Positions 1 to 6,181 of a stretch of 6,181 bases of DNA are shown in pieces. The notes under the pieces were generated by a model. The model was not told where the DNA came from and searched no databases. It worked only from the letters and a program-made list of their open reading frames with translations. The DNA is from a virus (lineage: Duplodnaviria; Heunggongvirae; Uroviricota; Caudoviricetes), in IMG/VR virus record IMGVR_UViG_2671180543_000005, one strand, 5' to 3'. Each line of letters starts with the position of its first letter. The first letter of the stretch is position 1. The position numbers and the translations under genes were made by a program.

Positions 1-43
1 CCTTCTGATGCCATTCTATTTCAGGAAGGAGTGTCCGTTAAAC

Positions 44-238
44 TCAGGCTACCTCACCCGTCCCGGATACCGAGAACGTTTCGTCCAGCAACTGGAGAGA
101 GTTCGACGGTGGCATCATTGCCCATGCCGGAGGCGCTGGAGGTTTCGGCTGAGGATGGCACAGGGCATTTTCCTTTGACGAGCACCCGACCACCATTATC
201 AAGCTTGCGCCGAAGAGCATCATTTTCAGCTTTCGCAT
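44..238 (-). CDS. Rz1: Rz1 outer-membrane spanin lipoprotein (o-spanin)
   Basis: ATG at 238-236 with AAGGAG 8 nt upstream. N-terminal hydrophobic signal ending in a lipobox-like MVVGC. Pro-rich [11 protein letters not shown] stretch typical of lambda-type Rz1. Sits in an alternative frame inside Rz but ends 10 nt past the Rz stop. Confidence 0.8.
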   Translation of the reverse strand: MRKLKMMLFGASLIMVVGCSSKENALCHPQPKPPAPPAWAMMPPSNSLQLLDETFSVSGTGEVA

Positions 239-458
239 CAGCTAACTCCTTCGTGTATTTAGCATCGAGTGCATCAGCATCACGCTGGCGCTGCTGCATG
301 TCAGTAATGGTTGCGTTCGCCAGCTTCAGTTCTCCGGCGTTTTTGTCGCGCTGCTCTTTGTAGGTAATGGCGTTATCACGGTAATGATTAACAGCCCATG
401 ACAGGCAGACGATGATGCAGATAACCAGAGCGGAGATAATCGCGGTGACTCTGCTCAT
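54..458 (-). CDS. Rz: Rz inner-membrane spanin (i-spanin)
   Basis: N-terminus [34 protein letters not shown] matches lambda Rz as I recall it. ATG at 458 overlaps the endolysin stop (ATGA), with GGGGGA about 9 nt upstream. Single N-terminal TM segment followed by a charged helical region. I prefer this start over the track start at 473. C-terminal third diverges from lambda Rz. Confidence 0.85.
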   Translation of the reverse strand: MSRVTAIISALVICIIVCLSWAVNHYRDNAITYKEQRDKNAGELKLANATITDMQQRQRDADALDAKYTKELADAKAENDALRRKLDNGGRVLVKGKCPVPSSAETSSASGMGNDATVELSPVAGRNVLGIRDG

Positions 459-988
459 TGATCTATCCCCCAACAGGCTAATGCGCTTTCCTGGTCACGA
501 CGAATAACCTGTCCATAGCAGTTATTTGAACGTATGCGGCAATCGCGCCCAACATCTTTTATCCACCAGCGAATCGCCTCGCATGCGCCCTTACGATCAC
601 CGGCATTCAGCCGCTTATAAAACGTCGACGGGAAACACTTACCGGGGCCAATGTTATAGGGGCAAAATGACGCTATACCCGCTTTCTGGGGTTCGGTCAG
701 AGGTACTTTAATATTGCGCTCCACCCATGCCAGCGCCTTATCACGTTCAATAGCGTTAACCTGGTCACATTTTTCCTTCGACAGCTTCATTCCCGGTATG
801 ACAGGCTTACCATCCACCATTGTGGCACCACGACAGATGGTCCATATGCCAGAACCATCACGGTATGCCGTTGTGTGATTACCCTCTTTTTCGTTCAGAA
901 ACTGGTCAAGTATCTGGGGAGCAGACGCGCCTGCGGCAATCAGCGCCAGAACAGCAGCCGACAGGCCGTATTTGATTTTTGCGCTCAT
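455..988 (-). CDS. R: SAR-type endolysin, phage lysozyme (T4-lysozyme / GH24 fold)
   Basis: 177 aa. N-terminal Gly/Ala-rich weakly hydrophobic segment [15 protein letters not shown] (signal-anchor-release type). Catalytic E-x8-D-x5-T motif readable in [16 protein letters not shown]. Resembles Qin-prophage/phage-21-type R lysozymes from memory. Directly precedes Rz with ATGA overlap. Confidence 0.9.
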   Translation of the reverse strand: MSAKIKYGLSAAVLALIAAGASAPQILDQFLNEKEGNHTTAYRDGSGIWTICRGATMVDGKPVIPGMKLSKEKCDQVNAIERDKALAWVERNIKVPLTEPQKAGIASFCPYNIGPGKCFPSTFYKRLNAGDRKGACEAIRWWIKDVGRDCRIRSNNCYGQVIRRDQESALACWGIDQ

Positions 989-1053
989 GGATATTTATCA
1001 GGATTTATCGGCAACAAATAACGAGCCAACTTATATACGCCTTTTAAGATAAG

Positions 1054-1683
1054 TCAGCCCCGGCTGGATCCAGTCATCAGGCTCTTTCTTAAAGGGGGAG
1101 TATTGAAATCACGAAGAAGAGCCTCCCGCACCGCAGCATCCATGTCTGCACCACTGGCAAGTGCTTCAATCTCTGCCGCCACCTGCAAATACCCCATGCA
1201 ACGGCCAATGCGTTTCATAACTCTGGTGTTTTCGTCTTTCAGGCATCTGATAGCGAGATTAATAATTTTCAGGCAGTGATGATGCGATGCCCGGACAGGT
1301 TTTCCGTTCTCATAAACGACGAACTCACCCTCTTCACAGGAAACCCTGAAAGGCCGATGGGGTTCCTGGTCTTTATCCGGTGCAGACGCAATAAAATCAC
1401 TTTTATGCTCTTCCTCTCCGGCACTGTTAACCGTAATGACGTACTCAGGCCGCAGGTAAGCCGCCTCTTTTTCTGACAATGCGGCCGGTAAAAACTTTTC
1501 CTGCAAAAACTTCATAAAAGTCTCGTGAGCGACTTTGTGGCAGTAATCGTAAATCGCCGCATAATGCTCATCGCGGCGTTTGTTTTCATCTTCAGAACTC
1601 ACCAACGCCGACAATTTTTTATTAAGCTCAGTGATTTCATTTTCCAGGTGATTGAATCGCTGATTCATTTCTTCATGCTTCAT
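1054..1683 (-). CDS. hypothetical protein (209 aa) between holin and endolysin; family not recognised
   Basis: Longest ORF in the interval. ATG at 1683-1681 lies 3 nt after the stop of the upstream holin copy, with GGGGAGAG 7-8 nt upstream. Predicted N-terminal coiled-coil-like segment (NQRFNHLENEITELNKKLSALV), acidic linker, and C-terminal region with clustered His/Cys (SHHHCLKIINLAIRCLK, GRCMG). No TM segment seen. Function unknown. Confidence 0.6.
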   Translation of the reverse strand: MKHEEMNQRFNHLENEITELNKKLSALVSSEDENKRRDEHYAAIYDYCHKVAHETFMKFLQEKFLPAALSEKEAAYLRPEYVITVNSAGEEEHKSDFIASAPDKDQEPHRPFRVSCEEGEFVVYENGKPVRASHHHCLKIINLAIRCLKDENTRVMKRIGRCMGYLQVAAEIEALASGADMDAAVREALLRDFNTPPLRKSLMTGSSRG

Positions 1684-1686
1684 TAT

Positions 1687-1872
1687 TTACTCTCCCCGTG
1701 CAGCCTTACGCTTGTCTTCTCTTATTTTGAAATACAGATTCGTCAGATAAGTCAGAAGCCCCAGAAGCAGACTTCCCAGCACACCAATCGCAGCCCACTG
1801 TGATGGCCTGACCTGATCCAACCACTGCAAAAACCAGTAGCCGGCACTGCCGGCGGAGGTGCCGTAGGCAAT
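1687..1872 (-). CDS. class II holin (S21-type pinholin), second diverged copy, 5-prime end missing in the N gap
   Basis: Translation [61 protein letters not shown] differs from the intact holin at 1896-2111 by 3 residues. About 16 nucleotide substitutions across roughly 170 aligned nt by eye. Start codon and first ~10 codons are absent because the sequence runs into N at 1873. Confidence 0.6.
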   Translation of the reverse strand: MAYGTSAGSAGYWFLQWLDQVRPSQWAAIGVLGSLLLGLLTYLTNLYFKIREDKRKAARGE

Positions 1873-1882
1873 NNNNNNNNNN
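1873..1882. other. run of 10 N: assembly/scaffold gap, true length unknown
   Basis: Ten consecutive n characters. Flanking sequence cannot be joined across 10 nt to give an intact gene on either side. Confidence 0.95.
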
Positions 1883-1895
1883 AATGATGGCGACA

Positions 1896-2111
1896 TTATT
1901 CACCTCTCGCAGCCTTACGCTTGTCTTCTCTGATTTTGAAGTACAGATTTGTCAGATAAGTCAGGAAGCCCAGAACCAGACTCCCCAGTACACCAATCGC
2001 AGCCCACTGTGACGGACTGACCTGATCAAGCCACTGTAAAAACCAGTAGCCAGCACTGCCTGCGGAGGTGCCGTAGGCAATGCCCGTTGAAATTTTGTCC
2101 ATGGATTTCAT
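1896..2111 (-). CDS. S: class II holin / pinholin with dual-start motif (phage 21 S-like)
   Basis: 71 aa, [30 protein letters not shown]..., near-identical to phage 21 S / DLP12 EssD as recalled. Met1 and Met4 give the antiholin/holin dual start. Two predicted TM segments and a charged C-terminus. GGAGGTGA 5 nt upstream of the ATG at 2111. Confidence 0.9.
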   Translation of the reverse strand: MKSMDKISTGIAYGTSAGSAGYWFLQWLDQVSPSQWAAIGVLGSLVLGFLTYLTNLYFKIREDKRKAARGE

Positions 2112-2271
2112 AGCCTCACCTCCGCAAATAACGGATGGCGTAGTTTTACACTGAGAAATGAAAGGGATTTGAAAAGAAAAAAACGCAAAAGCGGGCGAAA
2201 CGATATATACAGTAAGGAAAGCACTCTATCCAACAAACCACCCACAGTTAATCGGAATAAAAGCAGAGTGC

Positions 2272-2344
2272 TTATGAATGATCGCACGCCCGAAGGTTAG
2301 TATTTCTGCACAGCAATTTTGCAAAAAAAGGCGATCATTCATAA
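2272..2344. repeat. perfect 14-bp inverted repeat (TTATGAATGATCGC / GCGATCATTCATAA) with 45-nt spacer, in the holin leader
   Basis: Arms at 2272-2285 and 2331-2344 are exact reverse complements. Each arm contains a GATC. Confidence 0.7.
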
Positions 2345-2351
2345 CTTAAAC

Positions 2352-2397
2352 GTCTTTCAGTCACTCCGGGATTTCCCATCATCGCAGACTGAAAGAC
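2352..2397. repeat. perfect 11-bp inverted repeat (GTCTTTCAGTC / GACTGAAAGAC) with 24-nt loop, just 3-prime of tRNA-Gly
   Basis: Arms at 2352-2362 and 2387-2397 are exact reverse complements. The repeat lies 7 nt beyond the tRNA-Gly 3-prime end on the transcribed strand. Confidence 0.7.
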
Positions 2398-2403
2398 TCT
2401 GAC

Positions 2404-2478
<75 letters not shown>

Positions 2479-2481
2479 ATA

Positions 2482-2557
<76 letters not shown>

Positions 2558-2559
2558 GC

Positions 2560-2636
2560 TGGCCCACCACCGAGGACTCGAACCTCGCACCGTCAACTTA
2601 GAAGGTTGATGCTCTATCCGGATGAGCTAGTGGTGG
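2560..2636 (-). tRNA. tRNA-Arg (anticodon UCU)
   Basis: 77-nt cloverleaf: acceptor CCACCAC/GUGGUGG, D-arm GCUC...GAGC, anticodon stem UCAAC/GUUGA, loop CUUCUAA, T-arm CGAGG-UUCGAGU-CCUCG, CCA encoded. Reads the rare AGA/AGG codons, like the argN/argO-type tRNAs of lambdoid prophages. Confidence 0.8.
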
Positions 2637-2637
2637 T

Positions 2638-2714
2638 TGGTGGCCCTTGCTGGACTTGAACCAGCGACCTGGCGATTATGAGTCGCTCGCTCTGACCAAC
2701 TGAGCTAAAGGGCC
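2638..2714 (-). tRNA. tRNA with CAU anticodon, ileX/ileZ-like (probably tRNA-Ile2, lysidine-modified; could be annotated tRNA-Met)
   Basis: 77-nt cloverleaf: acceptor GGCCCUU/AAGGGCC, anticodon loop CUCAUAA, T-arm GCUGG-UUCAAGU-CCAGC, CCA encoded. Overall sequence resembles E. coli ileX (tRNA-Ile2) as recalled. Confidence 0.75.
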
Positions 2715-2802
2715 GGAGGCAGAATAATAACCATATGTCATCACATCTGCAAACTCATCTGACCACCAGCGTGTTTAACGTCCTGTACCGTTTTTCAGGC
2801 AT

Positions 2803-2824
2803 AAAAAACCCGCCCGGAGGCGGG
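2803..2824 (-). terminator. intrinsic (Rho-independent) terminator, candidate tR-prime of the Q-dependent late transcript
   Basis: On the minus strand: 6-bp GC stem CCCGCC/GGCGGG (2809-2814 with 2819-2824), 4-nt loop, followed by UUUUUU (plus-strand A run 2803-2808). Lies about 90 nt downstream of the Q stop and just upstream of the tRNAs. Confidence 0.55.
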
Positions 2825-2827
2825 TTT

Positions 2828-2913
2828 AAGCTGTGTGGCGAAGCAACCACTCTTAACAGAATATCCCGTTTTTTACGTACGTAAAATATTTTCTAGAAAG
2901 TCGCCCCTTACCA
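2828..2913 (-). promoter_or_regulatory. expected position of the Q-dependent late promoter (pR-prime) and Q-utilisation site; exact -35/-10 not resolved
   Basis: Placed by synteny only: between the Q stop at 2914 and the terminator hairpin. AT-rich, with weak candidate hexamers (TTTTAC, 17 nt, TATTCT on the minus strand). No confident sigma-70 match by eye. Confidence 0.3.
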
Positions 2914-3294
2914 TCAGGGATGTTCAATATATTTGTCCATTTCTAACCGGACACCCAACATCATCAACATTCCTTCCACCACCCCCTCGGCTTTTTGTAG
3001 CTTCTTTCCTATATAACCATCTGAGCATCCATGCTTCCGCGCCAGCGTCATGAATGTCATCCCAAACACGTAGTAGTCAACCAGCAAGTCATGTAGATCG
3101 TTGTTGTTCCGGTTAAGGCGGGCCATACACCCACATATAACCATCGCGTCATCGTCACAGCATTGCGGGCGGGATTTTACTTTTGAAGGGATTAATCCCT
3201 TAAAACCGGCAGCAATGGACGACCAGGTCACATCCTCATGATTATTAGCCACCCACGCGCCCCAGCGCTCAAGAACCTGCTGAATATCACGCAT
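2914..3294 (-). CDS. Q: late-gene antiterminator Q (phage 82 / DLP12 QuuD-like)
   Basis: From [34 protein letters not shown]... the protein closely matches DLP12 QuuD as recalled. Cys cluster [14 protein letters not shown] fits the Q zinc-binding motif. Start placed at the ATG at 3294; the track start at 3330 is a TTG. The 5-prime end overlaps the ninH stop by 8 nt. Confidence 0.85.
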   Translation of the reverse strand: MRDIQQVLERWGAWVANNHEDVTWSSIAAGFKGLIPSKVKSRPQCCDDDAMVICGCMARLNRNNNDLHDLLVDYYVFGMTFMTLARKHGCSDGYIGKKLQKAEGVVEGMLMMLGVRLEMDKYIEHP

Positions 3295-3487
3295 CACTGT
3301 CTTTACCCCTGTCCCATCCACGATGAACAATCAGAACACCATCAACAATGGCGTGCCCTTTGCCCTCTTTATCTTCAGCATATTTTCTTACCGTGGCGCG
3401 ATTACAGTTCAGCATTCGTGAAACTTCGGTCATATTACCTCGTGTCTGGATAAGCAGTTCCGGTATCGTTTGAATTTTGACGCTCAT
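3287..3487 (-). CDS. ninH: NinH-like small DNA-binding protein
   Basis: [58 protein letters not shown] resembles lambda NinH as recalled. ATG at 3487 with GGAGAG 6 nt upstream. Sits immediately upstream of Q, as in lambda. Confidence 0.8.
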   Translation of the reverse strand: MSVKIQTIPELLIQTRGNMTEVSRMLNCNRATVRKYAEDKEGKGHAIVDGVLIVHRGWDRGKDSDA

Positions 3488-3581
3488 CAAATACTCTCCG
3501 GTTCGGTGATTTTTATCCCGGGCTTTCCACCAGGGACATAATGATCGCGCACAAGCCAGGGCAAAACAAACTCATGGCGCA

Positions 3582-3839
3582 TCAGCGCAGCGCCTCCTGC
3601 ACCAGTTTTTCAAACTTTCCGACTCTGGTTTCCAGCTCTGCCACACAGTCCACCAGCTCATCTACTGCTTTCTGTGCGCGATGCTTCGCCTGCATCAGTT
3701 CCCGAAGCGCGGGTACCATATCTTTACGGATAGCATCTTTTGTTATGCCCGTTTTTTCGAGTTGTTCAGCATGACGCAGCATTTCCTGCGCGTGTTTACG
3801 CAATTGTTCAGGGGTAAAAGTCATTGTCTGGTTGTTCAA
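3582..3839 (-). CDS. hypothetical small helical protein (80-85 aa), nin-region ORF of unknown function
   Basis: ORF immediately after the helicase. A TTG at 3839 overlaps the helicase stop (TTGA) with GGAG 7 nt upstream. The first ATG is at 3824 (80 aa) with no obvious SD, so the start is ambiguous. Predicted all-helical and highly charged. No family recognised. Confidence 0.5.
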   Translation of the reverse strand: MNNQTMTFTPEQLRKHAQEMLRHAEQLEKTGITKDAIRKDMVPALRELMQAKHRAQKAVDELVDCVAELETRVGKFEKLVQEALR

Positions 3840-5227
3840 AAGAAACGCTCCATCTTACTGCTGTCAGTTCGTTTATTACTGTATCTGCGCGGATTGCCGG
3901 GCTTCATGGGAGTGGAAAGCACCCGTGCACTTTCCTGGTCCACAGGCAGAAAATGTCCGTTATAAAAACGCCGGTAAATCGTTCCCAGAGAACCGTTACG
4001 TTGTTTCGTGATATTGATTTCTGCGATGCCCCTGGCCTGCGTATCCGGGTTGTACACTTCATCCCTGTAAAGCATCAGAATGATGTCTGCATCCGCCTCT
4101 ATTTCTCCGGAATTTTTCAGGTCTGAGTTCATGGGACGTTTATTGGGTCTGGACTCCACACCGCGGGAGAGCTGGCTCAGCGCAATCAACGGAAAACCAC
4201 CGGATTTTGCCAGGCCTTTAAGCCCCTTTGAGATTTCACCCACGGCAAGGTCATGACGCCCCGTGGTTCGGTTTTTTATCAGCCCGAGATAATCAACCAC
4301 CACCAGCGCCGTTTCCGGATATTTAATCAGGTGGTGTTTCGTTGTTGCGCATATCTCATCAATGGCCAGGTTCGCCTGGTCCACCATCCAGATATTGCGC
4401 CCGGTCATCCGCCCCACCCCTTGTGAGAAACGCGTCCAGTCTTCATCTTCAAAGTGAGCCACAGATTTCAGGCGTGATACTGGCATCCCTCCAGCCGCAG
4501 ACACCATACGTTCACCAATCTGGATGTTCGCCATCTCCATGGTGAACAGAAGCACACCATGCCCCTGCTCAGTCACCTTGTCGATGATGTCCAGCGCAAG
4601 TTCGGTTTTCCCCATCGAAGGACGGGCGGCAATGAATACCAGGTCTCCGGGCTCCATACCGCCTGTTTTTGCGTCCAGTTCATCAATACCGGTCATCAAC
4701 GTCCTGGATTTCTCCAGCCCCTGATTCCGGCATTCAACACGCTCAACCACTTCCGGAAGCACATCATCAATATGTACCGGCTGAATGACGCCCTTTCCTG
4801 TCGACAGTGTGACCATCATGTTCTGCGCATCCTTCAGGGCATCTTCAGCTGCTTCACAGGTATGCGCATCACGTAATTTCTGCAGCGCCTCATTCAGTGT
4901 TTTTTCTGCATCGCGCAGTGCGGCATTGCGCCGCAACGCTGCAACATAGTGCTCCAGTGAAGACTTCACCCAGGTTTTACGCCCGGTATCAGTAATCACC
5001 GGGGCAAGTTCCGGCATCTCATTACACAACAGCACGGGGTCAATCACTCCTGAAACACGGGCCTGTCTGCAGATGCCTGTATAGATATCCTGATACGCTC
5101 GTACAGAAAAAACGTCCGCTGGCAGTGTGGCCAGAATATCCATCACTTCAGGATCTGCTCCGCGCAGAAAGAACGCGCCGATGACAGCGCCTTCAAGGTC
5201 ATCGTTACGCCATACTGGAGTTGTCAT
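3836..5227 (-). CDS. DnaB-family replicative DNA helicase (phage-encoded)
   Basis: 463 aa. Walker A AARPSMGKT, Walker B-like VVVDYLGLI, and the DnaB C-terminal block SQLSRGVESRPNKRPMNSDLKNSGEIEADADIILMLYRDEVY. ATG at 5227 overlaps the loader stop (ATGA), with GAGGTG 9 nt upstream. Confidence 0.9.
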   Translation of the reverse strand: MTTPVWRNDDLEGAVIGAFFLRGADPEVMDILATLPADVFSVRAYQDIYTGICRQARVSGVIDPVLLCNEMPELAPVITDTGRKTWVKSSLEHYVAALRRNAALRDAEKTLNEALQKLRDAHTCEAAEDALKDAQNMMVTLSTGKGVIQPVHIDDVLPEVVERVECRNQGLEKSRTLMTGIDELDAKTGGMEPGDLVFIAARPSMGKTELALDIIDKVTEQGHGVLLFTMEMANIQIGERMVSAAGGMPVSRLKSVAHFEDEDWTRFSQGVGRMTGRNIWMVDQANLAIDEICATTKHHLIKYPETALVVVDYLGLIKNRTTGRHDLAVGEISKGLKGLAKSGGFPLIALSQLSRGVESRPNKRPMNSDLKNSGEIEADADIILMLYRDEVYNPDTQARGIAEINITKQRNGSLGTIYRRFYNGHFLPVDQESARVLSTPMKPGNPRRYSNKRTDSSKMERFF

Positions 5228-6102
5228 GCAGCCACACCTCTGATACGAGAACGGTAACTGGGCCAGTTAAACGACAACCAGTTGCGTCCCCCGTCTGTGA
5301 TCCTGTCGGCAATTCGGGGACTGATGAACGCCCACAACTCTTCCGGTGAGAGGTTACTGATCAGAATGGTGGGCAAGATACTTTCGTACCTGGCGTTGAT
5401 AATTTCCTGCAAAATAGCCATTTCAGCCGCGCTGCCAAACTGAACGCCAACTTCGTCGATGATCAGCAAATCCATTGACGCATAACGCTCAATAACTTCA
5501 TCCGCTGTTTTTTCGCTGTCATTCCGCCAGCAATTTTTCACAGCACGGGTAAGGCGCATCACGTCGGTGATCTCCACACTGGCCAGATAGTTACGGATGA
5601 TGTGTTTTGCCATAGCCACAGCCAGATGATTTTTTCCGGTACCACAACTGCCGGTCATAACAAGACTGGTACCGTTCTCCAGCATATCTGGCCAGTTCTC
5701 CGCATAGCGGCGACAGGCCGCAAGATTTCTGGCTGCGCCAGGATTAACCTCCAGATAATTATCAAACTCGCAGTCCCGAAAACGCAGGGCAATTCCGGCG
5801 TTATCAGTCAGCTCTTCCGCCTTGATGGACGACAGCTCCATGGTCAAATCGTTGGCCTCAGCGATTAAGCAGTCAGGGCAGCATGAAATTTCTTCTCTGT
5901 CCTCGCCATTACGATCGCTCCACACCAGTATATGCGTGTGATATTCGCCATGTTTTTCGCAATATCCGCGACCTTCACGCATCAGGCAGGAACGATAAGG
6001 CCATGGCTTTTCGCCCTTCTGAGCAAATGCAATCTCTGCCCGTAACTCATCCATTCGCGCCTGTAGTCTTTTTTGTTGTTCACGCAGGTTAAACGTCATC
6101 AT
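5224..6102 (-). CDS. DnaC-like helicase loader (AAA+ ATPase) with N-terminal Cys/His cluster
   Basis: Walker A TGSCGTGKNHLAVAMA, Walker B DLLIIDEVGVQ, and C-terminal FNWPSYRSRIRG matching the E. coli DnaC C-terminus as recalled. Start placed at the ATG-ATG at 6102 with GAGGTGA 6 nt upstream; the track start at 6171 is a GTG in an open frame. N-terminal region has a C-x3-H...CC-x2-C cluster. Confidence 0.85.
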   Translation of the reverse strand: MMTFNLREQQKRLQARMDELRAEIAFAQKGEKPWPYRSCLMREGRGYCEKHGEYHTHILVWSDRNGEDREEISCCPDCLIAEANDLTMELSSIKAEELTDNAGIALRFRDCEFDNYLEVNPGAARNLAACRRYAENWPDMLENGTSLVMTGSCGTGKNHLAVAMAKHIIRNYLASVEITDVMRLTRAVKNCWRNDSEKTADEVIERYASMDLLIIDEVGVQFGSAAEMAILQEIINARYESILPTILISNLSPEELWAFISPRIADRITDGGRNWLSFNWPSYRSRIRGVAA

Positions 6103-6181
6103 CGCTGTCACCTCAGAATGTCTGAAGTGGCACACTGAATTTGGCCACCTGAACAGAGGTGATATGCTCACCTCAGAACAA

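Noticed and set aside
1687-1903. Track ORFs 1687-1896 (MSPSXXXX...) and 1706-1903 read across the N run
   Set aside because: They splice unrelated sequence through the gap. The real content is an endolysin start stub on the right and a truncated holin on the left, plus an out-of-frame shadow.
1687-2111. Calling the two holin genes a confirmed tandem duplication
   Set aside because: The 10-N gap and the endolysin-like start codons after the first holin make a scaffold join at least as likely. Left as unresolved.
2286-2330. Possible sigma-70 promoter TTGCAA-16-TACTAA on the minus strand inside the loop of the 14-bp inverted repeat
   Set aside because: Both hexamers are weak matches and the region is A/T-rich enough to give such matches by chance.
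2112-2403. Toxin or other cargo gene between the tRNAs and holin, as in Stx phages
   Set aside because: No ORF of meaningful length in either strand of this interval.
2914-3330. Longer Q start at 3330 (MFIVDG...)
   Set aside because: Position 3330 is a TTG without supporting SD. The ATG at 3294 gives the QuuD-like N-terminus MRDIQ and has an upstream AGGGG.
3513-3575. 20-codon minus-strand mini-ORF (MSLFCPGLCAIIMSLVESPG) between the unknown nin ORF and ninH
   Set aside because: Too short to support as a gene from sequence alone, and no clear SD. Mentioned only as a possible hydrophobic micropeptide.
5224-6171. Longer loader start at 6171 (MSISPLF...)
   Set aside because: That start is a GTG in a frame that simply stays open to the window edge. 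ATG-ATG at 6102 has a GAGGTGA SD at ideal spacing.

Overview
All supportable genes lie on the minus strand and form one slice of a lambdoid enterobacterial prophage (phage 21 / DLP12 / Qin-like late region), read from high to low coordinates: a DnaC-like helicase loader (5224-6102) translationally coupled to a DnaB-like replicative helicase (3836-5227); a very short nin region (an unrecognised 80-85 aa helical ORF and ninH); antiterminator Q (QuuD/82-like); an intrinsic terminator in the tR-prime position; four tRNA genes (Ile2/Met-CAU, Arg-UCU, Thr-UGU, Gly-UCC); a long structured leader; then the lysis cassette. The lysis cassette is not clean: an intact S21-type pinholin (1896-2111) is followed by the first four codons of an endolysin, which run into a 10-N gap (1873-1882). 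Left of the gap is a second, diverged holin copy lacking its 5-prime end, then an unrecognised 209-aa ORF tightly coupled to that holin, a SAR endolysin and Rz/Rz1 spanins. The 209-aa ORF inside the lysis cassette is the best candidate for something undescribed, but the gap means the local arrangement needs re-verification first. All plus-strand ORFs in the track look like antisense shadows. Family assignments are from recalled sequences and motifs read by eye; no searches were run.
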